From contig CAJJAI010000011.1 of the NCBI GenBank assembly GCA_905182215.1, positions 1 through 64,000 of the forward strand: a stretch of DNA of 64,000 bases, written 5' to 3'. Under the pieces are notes generated by a model, which saw only the letters and a program-made list of their open reading frames with translations, was not told where the DNA came from and ran no database searches. This stretch comes from Flavobacteriales bacterium UBA6772. Lineage in GTDB: Bacteria > Bacteroidota > Bacteroidia > Flavobacteriales > UBA7430. Position 1 is the stretch's first letter; each line of letters opens with the position of its first letter. Below are positions 49,356 through 59,813 of this stretch, piece after piece. A program made the translations under genes and the position numbers.

Positions 49356-49949
49356 TTAGTTAGATCCTTGTTGTAATTCGTGTACGTACTGTACAATCTT
49401 CCAACGTTCTTTTTGTGTTAACTGAGAAGCATGAGGCCCCATAGCATTTAAACCAAAAGTAATAGTGTGAAAAATTTGTCCATCGTTCATTTCGTTCATG
49501 GTAGAACCAGAACGACGTGGTGCAATAGCATCAGCATAATCAGGGACAGCACCGTAAACTGGGTGTTTAATTGATCCTTTCCCATCTCCTTTAGCACCGT
49601 GACAGTGTGTGCAGAAGATTCCGTACAATTCTTTTCCTTCAGCTAATGTTTTAGCATCTAAACTTAAAGGATTAGACAATTCTTTACCAGCACGTAAAAA
49701 GTCTTCTAGTGTATTATCGTATTCAAAAGGAGTAAATCCTCTAGGAATAGTTCCTTCTACTGATAACTGTGCAGTAATTCCGTTTTCGAAAACTGGGTTT
49801 TCTGAATATGTTTCGTAAGATGCAGAACGGTACATGTTCGGCATATATTCGAAGCCTGGATGGTCTCCTTCAGCACCACAAGACTGCAACATAAATGAGG
49901 CAGCAAATGTTGCTAGTGTAAGAGACACGATCTTTGTTACTTTTTTCAT
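49356..49949 (-). CDS. actE: Alternative complex III monoheme cytochrome c lipoprotein ActE
   Basis: It has the lipobox LQSCG and a single CTHCH heme motif. Confidence 0.88.
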   Translation of the reverse strand: MKKVTKIVSLTLATFAASFMLQSCGAEGDHPGFEYMPNMYRSASYETYSENPVFENGITAQLSVEGTIPRGFTPFEYDNTLEDFLRAGKELSNPLSLDAKTLAEGKELYGIFCTHCHGAKGDGKGSIKHPVYGAVPDYADAIAPRRSGSTMNEMNDGQIFHTITFGLNAMGPHASQLTQKERWKIVQYVHELQQGSN

Positions 49950-49962
49950 TGTATAGATCTAT

Positions 49963-50487
49963 TTAGGCGATTTGTTCTTCTTTAATTTCTTGAGCTCCTG
50001 TTTCCTTCATTAAGGCAATAAGATCAGCTTCATTTCCATGAGCTTCGATCTCCATAAGGAACTTATCATCTGTAGTACGTGGATCAGGACTTGTTTCTGA
50101 AGAACCAGGATACAATTTACAACGCATTAGATAAGTAATTACCATAAGGTGAGCTGCAAAAAACACTGTTAATTCGAATGCAATAGGTACAAATGCTGGC
50201 AAGTTTTGTAGTAGCGAAAAGTTTGGTTTCCCACCAATTATCTGTGGCCAATCTTGAATCATCATATACCACATCATCAACAATCCTAAAGACAAGCCTA
50301 TACAACCGTATATGAATGAAGCAATAGCTAATCTTGATGGTTTTAATCCTAAAGCGTGGTCTAGACCGTGAATAGGAAATGGTGAGTACACCTCATCGAC
50401 ATGAATACCCTTAGCGCGGATATCTTTTACCGCTTGTAGGATTACATCGTCATCATCGTAAACTCCGTAAATTACTTTCTTACTCAT
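49963..50487 (-). CDS. actD: Alternative complex III subunit ActD (DUF3341)
   Basis: It is 174 aa, with an N-terminal soluble part (YGVYDDDDVILQAV) and two TMs, in the operon position. Confidence 0.85.
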   Translation of the reverse strand: MSKKVIYGVYDDDDVILQAVKDIRAKGIHVDEVYSPFPIHGLDHALGLKPSRLAIASFIYGCIGLSLGLLMMWYMMIQDWPQIIGGKPNFSLLQNLPAFVPIAFELTVFFAAHLMVITYLMRCKLYPGSSETSPDPRTTDDKFLMEIEAHGNEADLIALMKETGAQEIKEEQIA

Positions 50488-50492
50488 TGCGT

Positions 50493-51857
50493 TTATTTTT
50501 TATTCTGAGAACCAGATGATTTCACAATAGTTTTCAACTCGGCTTGAGCGATAACAGGGAATGTACGAGCATACAAAAGGAACAACACGAAGAAGAATCC
50601 AATTGTACCTACAAAAATACCAATATCAACAAAAGTTGGAGAGAACATTGTCCAAGAAGATGGCAAATAATCTCTGTGTAGAGAAGTAACAATAATTACA
50701 AAACGCTCGAACCACATACCAATATTTACAACAATAGAGATAAAGAATGTAAAGGCGATACTGGTACGAAGTTTCTTAAACCACATAAACTGTGGTGAGA
50801 TTACGTTACAGGTCATCATGGACCAATATGCCCACCAATAAGGACCCGTTGCTCTGTTTAAGAAGGCATACTGTTCGAACTCAACACCCGAATACCAAGC
50901 GATAAATAACTCAGTAATATAAGCAACCCCTACAATTGAACCTGTAACCATAATTACAATGTTCATATATTCGATGTGCTTAATAGTTATGTACGCTTCC
51001 ATGTTTACCACTTTACGCATTACCAAAAGTAATGTTTGTACCATAGCAAATCCTGAGAAGATTGCTCCAGCAACGAAGTAAGGAGGGAAAATAGTGGTGT
51101 GCCAGCCAGGAATAATTGAAGTAGCAAAATCCATTGATACAATAGTGTGTACAGAAAGTACTAGCGGAGTTGCTAAACCTGCAAGAACCAAAGATAACTC
51201 TTCGAAACGTTGCCAGTGTTTTGCTTTTCCAGACCAACCGAAAGAAAGAATTGTATAGATTTTCTTTGCCATTGGCTTAACAGCTCTATCGCGAATCATG
51301 GCAAAATCTGGGATTAAGCCCATATACCAGAACACTAATGAAACTGTTAAGTAAGTAGAAATTGCGAATACATCCCAAAGTAATGGTGAGTTAAAGTTTA
51401 CCCATAAAGAACCAAAGTTGTTTGGTAATGGTAAAACGAAATAAGCCAACCAAGGTCTTCCCATGTGGAAGATTGGGAATAAACCAGCTTGAACAACGGC
51501 AAAAATTGTCATTGCTTCAGCAGAACGGTTAATTGACAAGCGCCATTTCTGACGGAATAATAATAATACAGCTGAAATTAATGTACCAGCATGACCAATA
51601 CCTACCCACCATACAAAGTTGGTGATATCCCAAGCCCAACCAACGGTCTTGTTAAGTCCCCATACACCGATACCAGTACCAGCAGTATAAGCTAAACATC
51701 CAGCACCCCACATAAATGCGAGTAATGCAGCGATAAATAAAGCCCACCAGTATTTGTTTGCTTTACCTTCTATAGGACGAGCCACATCCTCAGTGATGTC
51801 ATGTAAGGTCTTATCTTGGAGAATAAGAGGCTCTCTAATTGGAGATTCGTAATGCAT
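50493..51857 (-). CDS. actC: Alternative complex III quinol-binding subunit ActC (NrfD/PsrC-like)
   Basis: It is a 10-TM NrfD-like protein in the operon position. Confidence 0.9.
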   Translation of the reverse strand: MHYESPIREPLILQDKTLHDITEDVARPIEGKANKYWWALFIAALLAFMWGAGCLAYTAGTGIGVWGLNKTVGWAWDITNFVWWVGIGHAGTLISAVLLLFRQKWRLSINRSAEAMTIFAVVQAGLFPIFHMGRPWLAYFVLPLPNNFGSLWVNFNSPLLWDVFAISTYLTVSLVFWYMGLIPDFAMIRDRAVKPMAKKIYTILSFGWSGKAKHWQRFEELSLVLAGLATPLVLSVHTIVSMDFATSIIPGWHTTIFPPYFVAGAIFSGFAMVQTLLLVMRKVVNMEAYITIKHIEYMNIVIMVTGSIVGVAYITELFIAWYSGVEFEQYAFLNRATGPYWWAYWSMMTCNVISPQFMWFKKLRTSIAFTFFISIVVNIGMWFERFVIIVTSLHRDYLPSSWTMFSPTFVDIGIFVGTIGFFFVLFLLYARTFPVIAQAELKTIVKSSGSQNKK

Positions 51858-51867
51858 GTTTATCTAA

Positions 51868-54800
51868 TTAAATATTATTCTCAGTTACGTTGCGCACTTT
51901 TGTTTGATACCAAACAGATGGTTGAGTATTTAACTCTTCCAATAAGTGGTATGCTCTAGGATCTTTAGAAGCAGTAAACACTTTAGATTCTTCGTTAAGA
52001 ACATCTCCAAAGGTTAAAGCACCAGTATCACAAGCTATAGAACAAGCAGTTTGAGCTTCATCTGCACGGAGTTTACGTCCGTCTTTCTTAGCATCTAACT
52101 TCACTTTTTGTAGCATGTGTACACACATAGAACATTTCTCCATAACCCCACGAGAACGTACTACTACGTCTGGGTTAAGAACCATCTTACCTAAGTCATC
52201 ATTCAAGTAGAAATCGAAGTCTTCATTATCTGCATAATTAAACCAGTTAAATCGACGTACTTTATAAGGACAGTTGTTTGCACAGTAACGAGTACCTACA
52301 CAACGGTTATAAGTCATATGGTTTAGTCCTTCTCTAGAGTGAGAAGTTGCAGCTACTGGACAAACCGTCTCACAAGGAGCGTGGTTACAGTGCTGACACA
52401 TTACCGGCTGGAATACAACTTTTAAAGTTTCAGAGGTAGAAGCAACTTCCATTGCTAAGAATTTATCTATAGTAGATACATCATCTTCCTCAGCAGATTC
52501 CGCAGTCATATCGCTCGAGTAGTAACGGTCGATACGCAACCAGTGCATATCTCTAGAGTTACGAATCTCTTGTTTCCCAACTACAGGTACATTATTTTCA
52601 GAATGACAAGCTATTACACAGGCACCACATCCAGTACAACTGTTTAGGTCGATAGATAAGTTCCACCAGTGTACATCACGGTCGTGTTCTTCCCATAGGG
52701 TTACTTTTTCTGGAGCTTTAGGGCCTTTATGCGTAACTAACATCATTTGCTCGTTACCCGAAGTAGGATCGTTTAAGAAAGCTTCTAAAGTAGTTTCTTT
52801 AACAATTCTATCTCTACCCATCATCGTGTGATGTAATTGAGTAGAAGCAAATTCGTGAACTGCATCTTCAACCTTTACTAGTGTAGCAACAGAATGTGCT
52901 GTATTAAAGTTATTAGCGAAAACGAAAGCATTAACACCAATACCATCTCCAGCTTTACCAGCACCATTACGTCCGTAACCAACAGCTAAACCAAGTGTTT
53001 TGTAAGCTTGACCAGGTTGAATTAAAACAGGTACTTTAAGAGTAACTCCGTTTACAGTAAGATCGGCAACATCACCGTTTAAAGCTCCGTTAGATACATT
53101 TTCGTTTTCGAAACCTAATTCCTTCGCATAACGCGGAGAAATAGTTAAGTAGTTATCCCAGGTATTCTTAGTAATTGGATCAGGTAATTCTTGCAACCAA
53201 GGGTTGTTAGCGAATTCACCAGAACCGATACCCGTTTTAGAATACAATACTAAGTCTATTGAATCTCCAGACAATTTAGCTAAAGCAGCAGCAGCTGAAG
53301 AAATAGAACCTTTATAAGAAACAGTCTTCTCAGAGTCGCTAGTCATAAACACACCGTCGTGAAGAGCAGTGTTCCATGAAGTAGAACCTAAGATATTATT
53401 GTTCCAGTAATTTTTAACGTAAGAATAGAAATCAGCTCCTAAACCAGTCCAAGTCATTAAAGAAGATTGCGCCTGACGAGTATTGAATAAAGGGTTGATA
53501 GTAGGTTGAACTAATGCGTTTATTCCTGTATAAGGATTTGCATCACCCCAACTCTCTAGGTAATTATGGTCTGGACAAACAAAGCTCATCACAGCAGCAG
53601 TTTCATCTTTCTTTTCTGCAAAAGAAACAGACAAATCAACTTTAGCTAAAGCAGAAGCAAACTCACTTCCCTGTGCTAAGTTGTAAACTGGGTTTACGTT
53701 ATAAGCTATTACAGCACCAACTTTACCAGCATTCATATCGCTAATTAAAGTACTTACATCTGCATCGATACCTTGTTTAAGGTTAGAACGCTTTGTAAAG
53801 TCTATAGTAGAATCATTATTACTTAATAAGTCGTTAATAGCATTAACAACTAAGTGCGTATTTTTATCATTCCCTCCAGCAACAACTAAAGACTTCCCTT
53901 TGGCTTTCCAAAGATCGTTCGCTGCTTTTTGAATTTGAGTGCTATAATCTGAAGTAGCAACGTTTACCGTTGAAGCTCCAGCTTTAGTAGCAATAAGGTT
54001 GTATAAATTTACAAGAGCTAATCCCATTTCAGAAGCCTTAACGGGCGTTCTGTAATCAGCATTTGCACCTGTCATCGATAAGTTCGATTCGAATTGGAAG
54101 TGACGAGACATGGTGGCAGCTTTTGGATTACGCTTTGTGGCATAATCTTTACCATGGCCAGTATCTAACCAATCTCCTAAAAAGTCAGCAGCAAAAGAAA
54201 CTACTACATCAGCCTTATCGAAGTGATAAGTAGGAAGTGTTCTAGTACCATAACTTTCTAAGTTAGCATCAAGCATAGCAGATGCAGAAAGCACATCGTA
54301 AGAGATGTGTTTTGCATTGTATTTAGAAGCGAATTCTTTTATAACTGCTTTTGTAGAAGGAGAAATGATAGTAGAACTTAAAAGAACTACTTGTTTCCCT
54401 GCCTCTTTAGCAGCATTTAATCCTTTTACAATAGAAGCATCAATGGTAGACCATGAAGCCTCTTCACCATTTGCTAAAGGAGTATGTAAACGAGCAGAAT
54501 CGTACAGGTTCAATACAGAAGCTTGAACACGCGCGTTGATACCTCCTTTATCACAAAGATCGTTTGTCTTTAAAAAGATAGGACGACCCTCGCGGTTTTT
54601 AATTAATAAACTAGCAAAGTCGTTTCCATCGTAAAAACTAGAAGCATACCAGTTTGCTTCACCAGCAATGGTTTCTTCGGGCTTAACCACGAAAGGAATT
54701 ACTTTTTGTATAGGTGCTTCACAGGCAGCTAAAGAAGCTGCTGCAGTACTAAAGCCTAAAAACTTCAGGAAGTCACGACGAGAAGTTGAAGACTCTGATA

Positions 54801-54930
54801 ATTTCTCATCATCACCTAAAAAAGCTTCTGTAGGCAATTGCTCAGCGAATTCATCTTTTTGGAACTTCTCCAATTCTGGATTGTTTACCAATTCACCTAA
54901 GCCTTGGAAATATGTTTTCTTTGTAGCCAT
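51868..54930 (-). CDS. actB: Alternative complex III subunit ActB (molybdopterin-like domain fused to a 4Fe-4S domain)
   Basis: It has the Tat motif SRRDFLKFLGF and cluster motifs CTGCGACVIAC, CQHCNHAPCETVCP and CVGTRYCANNCP. I placed the start at the ATG 54928-54930, 22 nt after the actA stop. Confidence 0.93.
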   Translation of the reverse strand: MATKKTYFQGLGELVNNPELEKFQKDEFAEQLPTEAFLGDDEKLSESSTSRRDFLKFLGFSTAAASLAACEAPIQKVIPFVVKPEETIAGEANWYASSFYDGNDFASLLIKNREGRPIFLKTNDLCDKGGINARVQASVLNLYDSARLHTPLANGEEASWSTIDASIVKGLNAAKEAGKQVVLLSSTIISPSTKAVIKEFASKYNAKHISYDVLSASAMLDANLESYGTRTLPTYHFDKADVVVSFAADFLGDWLDTGHGKDYATKRNPKAATMSRHFQFESNLSMTGANADYRTPVKASEMGLALVNLYNLIATKAGASTVNVATSDYSTQIQKAANDLWKAKGKSLVVAGGNDKNTHLVVNAINDLLSNNDSTIDFTKRSNLKQGIDADVSTLISDMNAGKVGAVIAYNVNPVYNLAQGSEFASALAKVDLSVSFAEKKDETAAVMSFVCPDHNYLESWGDANPYTGINALVQPTINPLFNTRQAQSSLMTWTGLGADFYSYVKNYWNNNILGSTSWNTALHDGVFMTSDSEKTVSYKGSISSAAAALAKLSGDSIDLVLYSKTGIGSGEFANNPWLQELPDPITKNTWDNYLTISPRYAKELGFENENVSNGALNGDVADLTVNGVTLKVPVLIQPGQAYKTLGLAVGYGRNGAGKAGDGIGVNAFVFANNFNTAHSVATLVKVEDAVHEFASTQLHHTMMGRDRIVKETTLEAFLNDPTSGNEQMMLVTHKGPKAPEKVTLWEEHDRDVHWWNLSIDLNSCTGCGACVIACHSENNVPVVGKQEIRNSRDMHWLRIDRYYSSDMTAESAEEDDVSTIDKFLAMEVASTSETLKVVFQPVMCQHCNHAPCETVCPVAATSHSREGLNHMTYNRCVGTRYCANNCPYKVRRFNWFNYADNEDFDFYLNDDLGKMVLNPDVVVRSRGVMEKCSMCVHMLQKVKLDAKKDGRKLRADEAQTACSIACDTGALTFGDVLNEESKVFTASKDPRAYHLLEELNTQPSVWYQTKVRNVTENNI

Positions 54931-54952
54931 CTTAATTATTTCCTTTTCAAAA

Positions 54953-56191
54953 TTAGTAGTGACATTTACCACACTCCAAACCACCGATCATATCTACAGT
55001 AATATCTTCACCGTGATATTTCTTAACCCAATTTTCATTTAGGTCGTGGTAATAAGGATTATCGGTATCTACTTTAGTCTCTTTATGACAGTCAATACAC
55101 CAAGCCATTGTTAATGGAGCATATTGTTCAACCACATCCATCTCTTCTACGGGTCCGTGACAAGTTTGACATTCTATACCTGCAACATTTACGTGTTGAG
55201 AGTGATTGTAATAAGCTAAATCTGGTAAATTATGTATGCGAACCCATTCAATTGGCTTCTGTTCATAATTCTCAATATAAGTTCTAGTCTCTGGATCAAA
55301 ACCAATAGCTTCGTAAATTTTAGCGATTTCTGTAGTTCCAGTTTCAGTACCACTGCTGATATATGTATGACAGTTCATACATACATTTGCAGAAGGAACA
55401 CCAGCACTTTTACTATGACGAGCACCTGAGTGACAGTAATTACAGTCGACCCCATTTTCACCAGCGTGAATTTTGTGAGAGAATGCAATAGGTTGTTCTG
55501 GTTGGTAACCTTGCTGAACACCTACAGTTAGTAAACCATCCCAAACTACTTTACCTCCGTATAACATTGTAAATATTACAAAGAATACAATAAATATTGG
55601 GTTTGCTTTTAACCATGAACCTGCACCACTTAATAAGCTTACGGATTTCTCACCCTTAGCCTCCTTAAGTACATTCTTAACTTTAACCAATACTAACAAA
55701 GTGAGTAATAGTAATGCCAAAGCAATTCCCATTAATCCTTTTGAAGTAGAAAAAGCTTCAGAATTTGAACCGTCAGAAGCAGAAACACTTGATTCAGGAA
55801 CAGCCTCTTTCGGCCCTTCCTGAATATAAGCCAAGATATTGTCAATATCATCGTTAGAAAACTGCGGAAATGCAGTCATCTGTGTTTTGTTGTACTTTTC
55901 GAATGCTTCAATGGCTTGTTCATCTCCACTAGCAATTAGCTCAGAAGAGTTCTTAATCCACGAATACAACCATTCGGTTGAATACTTTTCGTTAATGTGT
56001 CCAGCCAGACCAGGTCCAATTAGCTTTTTACTCTCGTCTCCTAAATAGTGACAAGAAGCACAATTGCTTGAAAATAAACCTTCTCCAAGTTCTGCATTTT
56101 GTGCAGTGGATACGTTAATAGATGTGATGAATAGCAAAGCAAATAAGGCTAGAACCTTACTGCTAAATAGCTTACCGTTTTTACTTGTCAT
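54953..56191 (-). CDS. actA: Alternative complex III multiheme cytochrome c ActA with an extra N-terminal class-I cytochrome c domain
   Basis: There are six CxxCH motifs: CASCH in the N-terminal domain, then CNYCH, CMNCH, CQTCH, CIDCH and CGKCH. TM segments separate the two parts. Confidence 0.9.
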   Translation of the reverse strand: MTSKNGKLFSSKVLALFALLFITSINVSTAQNAELGEGLFSSNCASCHYLGDESKKLIGPGLAGHINEKYSTEWLYSWIKNSSELIASGDEQAIEAFEKYNKTQMTAFPQFSNDDIDNILAYIQEGPKEAVPESSVSASDGSNSEAFSTSKGLMGIALALLLLTLLVLVKVKNVLKEAKGEKSVSLLSGAGSWLKANPIFIVFFVIFTMLYGGKVVWDGLLTVGVQQGYQPEQPIAFSHKIHAGENGVDCNYCHSGARHSKSAGVPSANVCMNCHTYISSGTETGTTEIAKIYEAIGFDPETRTYIENYEQKPIEWVRIHNLPDLAYYNHSQHVNVAGIECQTCHGPVEEMDVVEQYAPLTMAWCIDCHKETKVDTDNPYYHDLNENWVKKYHGEDITVDMIGGLECGKCHY

Positions 56192-56236
56192 AATTCTATG
56201 CGCTCTCTAAATTAAGTAGCTTTGTTTTCTGGACTG

Positions 56237-56244
56237 CAAAAATA
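56237..56244 (-). promoter_or_regulatory. Candidate -7 box (TATTTTTG) for the act-cox operon
   Basis: It is a perfect TAnnTTTG on the minus strand, with 45 nt to the actA ATG. Confidence 0.4.
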
Positions 56245-56338
56245 ACATATTCATTTTTTAGTAGAAACTACAAAAGCACAAAAAGAGCAGTTTATATTGG
56301 TTCTAAATTAACCTATATTAACTTTAGTAGAATTCTCT

Positions 56339-56346
56339 TATATTTG
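56339..56346 (+). promoter_or_regulatory. Candidate -7 box (TATATTTG) for the SPOR gene
   Basis: It is a perfect TAnnTTTG, with 16 nt to the ATG at 56363. Confidence 0.5.
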
Positions 56347-56362
56347 CCTCAAAGAAAAAAAG

Positions 56363-56788
56363 ATGAAAATAAGAACTTTACTGATCGGAACATTCATACT
56401 CTCCTTAAATGCGACAGCTCAAGAATGGGAGTATAACGAAGATACGGACAGTACTAAATTAGAGGCTTCTATAAATTACATCAACACTTTAAAAGTGGAT
56501 GATTTATTAGATAAAAAAAGAAGAATTGAAAAAAACTCTAAAAAAGTAAAGGTCTTTAGGATTCAAATATACTCTGGGAGTAGAATTGGATCGAATGAAG
56601 CCCAATCAAAGTTCAAAAGTAAGTTTCCATTGACTAGTGTTGAGACAAGCTATGAACAGCCTTATTTTAAAACTAAGGTTGCAGCATACAGGACTAAACT
56701 TGATGCACACAGAGCTTTAATTAAAATTAAGAATTCGTTTAGAGATGCTTTTATATTTGAAGAAAAGATCGCACTAGAAAAACTATAA
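56363..56788 (+). CDS. SPOR domain (peptidoglycan-binding) protein
   Basis: It has a signal peptide and a C-terminal about 75 aa segment, FRIQIYSGSR...AYRTKLDAHRALIKIKNSFRDAFI, typical of SPOR. Confidence 0.75.
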   Translation: MKIRTLLIGTFILSLNATAQEWEYNEDTDSTKLEASINYINTLKVDDLLDKKRRIEKNSKKVKVFRIQIYSGSRIGSNEAQSKFKSKFPLTSVETSYEQPYFKTKVAAYRTKLDAHRALIKIKNSFRDAFIFEEKIALEKL

Positions 56789-56796
56789 ACTTATTA

Positions 56797-56840
56797 GATC
56801 AAAAAAAAGAGCTACAAATTGCAGCTCTTTTTTTTGATCT
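56797..56840. terminator. Bidirectional terminator between the SPOR gene and infB
   Basis: GATCAAAAAAAAGAGCT...AGCTCTTTTTTTTGATC is a long A/T-extended hairpin. Confidence 0.8.
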
Positions 56841-56853
56841 ATATAGAAGAGAA

Positions 56854-59763
56854 TTATAAGGTTCTCTTAATTTCAACTTCTTCGTAACCTTCGATAATAT
56901 CGCCGATTTTAATATCGTTAAATTTCTCGATGTTAAGACCACATTCGTACCCTTTACCAACTTCTTTAACGTCATCCTTAAAGCGTTTAAGAGATCCTAA
57001 ACCACCTGTGTAAACAACCACACCATCACGGATAAGTCTCACATTGGTGTTTCTATTGATTTTACCATCTAATACGTAACAACCAGCAATTGTACCCACC
57101 TTGGTAACTTTAAAGGTTTCACGAACTTCAATGTTACAAACGATTTCCTCTTTAGTTAATGGAGACAACATACCTTCCATAGCCTCTTTCACTTCGTTTA
57201 TTGCATCGTAGATGATAGAGTACAGACGTACATCAATTTCTTCTTTCTCTGCTAACTTACGAGCTGATGAAGATGGACGTACTTGGAATCCAATTACAAT
57301 TGCATCTGAAGCAGTAGCTAATAAGATATCAGATTCTGAAATCTGCCCAACCGCTTTATGAATAATATTAACTTGTATAGAGTCGGTAGATAGTTTCTGT
57401 AATGAATCAGATAGTGCTTCAATAGAACCATCCACATCCCCTTTAAGGATAATATTCAATTCTTGGAAATCACCAAGAGCTAAACGTCTACCAATTTCAT
57501 CAAGAGTAAGGTGTTTCTGAGTACGAATACTTTGCTCTCTTTGTAGTTGTGTACGCTTTAATGCAACAGACTTCGCTTCACGCTCATCAGACATTACATT
57601 AAATTTGTCACCTGCTTGAGGTGCACCACTAAGACCTAAAATACTAACGGGAGCAGAAGGTCCTGCAGTAACAACATTTAATCCTCGTTCATTAAACATT
57701 GCCTTTACTTTACCAGTATGTTGTCCAGCTAAAAGGAAATCTCCAACAGATAAAGTACCCGATTGAACCAACATGGTTGTTACAAAACCTTTACCCTTAT
57801 CAAGTGAGGCTTCGATAATTGACCCTTTTGCAGCTTTATCTGGATTTGCTGTAAGCTCTAACATTTCAGACTCAAGCAATACTTTCTCTAATAATTCTTC
57901 TACACCTTGACCGTGCTTAGCAGATACATCGTGAGATTGATATTTACCACCCCAATCTTCTACAAGAAGATCCATTGCAGCTAATTGTTCCTTAATTTTC
58001 TCAGGATTAGCGTTTGGTTTATCAACTTTATTTATAGCAAAAACAATAGGCACTTCGGCAGCTTGCGCATGCGAAATAGCTTCTTTTGTTTGTGGCATAA
58101 TATCATCATCTGCTGCAATAACAATAATAACAATATCTGTTACTTGAGCACCACGAGCACGCATTGCCGTAAAGGCTTCGTGACCTGGAGTATCGATAAA
58201 GGTAATACGCTTACCTGTTTTCAATTCTACCTCGTAAGCTCCAATATGTTGTGTAATACCACCAGCTTCACCAGCAATAACATTCTCTCTACGAACATAA
58301 TCCAATAAAGATGTTTTACCATGATCTACGTGTCCCATTACAGTAACGATAGGCGACCTAGTTAGTAAATCTTCTGGCTTATCTTCTACTTCTTCAATAG
58401 ACTCTTGTACTTCTGCACTTACAAACTCTACGTCGAAACCGAATTCATCGGCAACGATAGAAAGAGTTTCTGCATCTAAACGTTGGTTCATGGTTACCAT
58501 GATACCTAACATCATACAAGAAGAGATAATTTGAACCACCTGAACATCCATCATGATAGCAAGTTCATTAACAGTAACAAATTCTGTTACTTTAATAGTC
58601 TTACTTTCTTCATCAGCTCGTTCCTGATCCATAGAATCTTTCTCTCTACGTACATCACGCTTCGATTTTCTATGTCTAGATCCTTTAGACTTACCTTTAC
58701 CGGTAAGTTTATCTAAAGTTTCCGCAATTTTCTTTTGGATTTCTTCAGCTGTAGGCTCTGCTTTTACAACCTTAGGCTTTTTACCACGAGCAGGAGCTCT
58801 ACTACCACCTCTTTGACCAGGCTTAACAGGGCGACCTGTACCACCACCACCAGCAGGGCTATTATTTATACGCTTACGCTTTTTCTTATTGTCTTTGTCG
58901 CCAGAAGGGTTACTTGAAGAAGCAACTTTCTTTTTCTTAGGCTTCGCAAACTTACTTAAATCAATTACTTGACCTGTTAGTTTAGGACCTGAAAGAGTTT
59001 TAGATTTTGCTCTTAAAATTTCTGGTTCATCAGCTTTCGCAGGCTTTTCTGGAACAGCTTCTAATTTTGAAGGTCTGTTAAGTTTTTCAACTTTTATTTC
59101 CTTAACGTTGTCAAGCTGAATTGGTTTGTTAACGTCAATTTTCCCAATCTGTTTAGGTCCAGATAAAGCTCCTTTAGCTTTAACTACCTCTATGGGTTTA
59201 AAAACCTTCTTAGGTGTAGCTTTAGGCGCTTCTGTATGAGAAGGTTTTTCTTTCTTAGGCTTATTAGGCTTAGGCTCTAGTCCTGTCTTAGTAGGCTTTA
59301 TAATCGGCACTACTTTTGGAACAGATTGCTTAGATTCCGATTTAGCTTCTGCTTTAGGCTGTGTTGCTTTGGTTGCAGGCGCTACAACATCCTTAACAGG
59401 TGCTTTCTCTTTAGCTATCTTTTCTTCTTTTGCGACCGGTTTTGCTTTAGGTTCAATATCAATTTTACCTATAGTTTTGGGTCCTGTAAAATCAGCTTTT
59501 GCTTTAATCACTTCTCTCGCCAATGCTTTTTTAGCAGCGGCGGCCTTAATGGCATCTTTCTCATCCTTACGGGCTTGAGAGATTTCTTCAGAGCGTTTGT
59601 GTTGTTCTACATCCGCACTAAACTCTTGCTTTAATATAGCGTAGGAGTCTAGAGTGATTTTGGTATTCGGACGACCGTCGATTTTCACACCTTTGGTGGC
59701 TAGATGATCTACGATGTTCGCAATACCTACGTTTAATTCTTTTGCAACCTTACTTAATCTCAT
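56854..59763 (-). CDS. infB: Translation initiation factor IF-2
   Basis: The G domain has [20 protein letters not shown] and NKVDK. The N-terminal region is long and K/P/A-rich. It is 969 aa. Confidence 0.97.
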   Translation of the reverse strand: MRLSKVAKELNVGIANIVDHLATKGVKIDGRPNTKITLDSYAILKQEFSADVEQHKRSEEISQARKDEKDAIKAAAAKKALAREVIKAKADFTGPKTIGKIDIEPKAKPVAKEEKIAKEKAPVKDVVAPATKATQPKAEAKSESKQSVPKVVPIIKPTKTGLEPKPNKPKKEKPSHTEAPKATPKKVFKPIEVVKAKGALSGPKQIGKIDVNKPIQLDNVKEIKVEKLNRPSKLEAVPEKPAKADEPEILRAKSKTLSGPKLTGQVIDLSKFAKPKKKKVASSSNPSGDKDNKKKRKRINNSPAGGGGTGRPVKPGQRGGSRAPARGKKPKVVKAEPTAEEIQKKIAETLDKLTGKGKSKGSRHRKSKRDVRREKDSMDQERADEESKTIKVTEFVTVNELAIMMDVQVVQIISSCMMLGIMVTMNQRLDAETLSIVADEFGFDVEFVSAEVQESIEEVEDKPEDLLTRSPIVTVMGHVDHGKTSLLDYVRRENVIAGEAGGITQHIGAYEVELKTGKRITFIDTPGHEAFTAMRARGAQVTDIVIIVIAADDDIMPQTKEAISHAQAAEVPIVFAINKVDKPNANPEKIKEQLAAMDLLVEDWGGKYQSHDVSAKHGQGVEELLEKVLLESEMLELTANPDKAAKGSIIEASLDKGKGFVTTMLVQSGTLSVGDFLLAGQHTGKVKAMFNERGLNVVTAGPSAPVSILGLSGAPQAGDKFNVMSDEREAKSVALKRTQLQREQSIRTQKHLTLDEIGRRLALGDFQELNIILKGDVDGSIEALSDSLQKLSTDSIQVNIIHKAVGQISESDILLATASDAIVIGFQVRPSSSARKLAEKEEIDVRLYSIIYDAINEVKEAMEGMLSPLTKEEIVCNIEVRETFKVTKVGTIAGCYVLDGKINRNTNVRLIRDGVVVYTGGLGSLKRFKDDVKEVGKGYECGLNIEKFNDIKIGDIIEGYEEVEIKRTL

Positions 59764-59813
59764 GCTTGCTATTTAGATTGTAGCGTTTTGTTCTGACGGA
59801 CTCGTACTAATTA

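Noticed and set aside
54931-54984. N-terminal extensions in the ORF track for actB, and likewise murD (14899-14958), the response regulator (34664-34750), the porin (41217-41243) and the hydrolase (21560-21580).
   Set aside because: The extensions overlap the upstream gene, a terminator hairpin or a -7 box, and use weak or alternative starts. Internal ATGs give N-termini that match the family norm (MATKKTYF..., MIAVLGAGESG..., MPNNNRILLVDDE..., MRKFIYL signal peptide, MKYEII...).
58531-59634. Several 60-107 aa ORFs on the + strand antisense to infB, with similar antisense or out-of-frame ORFs throughout the track (for example 440-652, 2487-2735, 7057-7437, 8399-8809, 28696-29079, 31971-32315, 54668-55042).
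   Set aside because: All lie entirely inside strongly supported conserved genes. Their products are low-complexity or Cys/Phe/Ser-rich, typical of shadow frames in AT-rich DNA, and none has its own promoter box or terminator.
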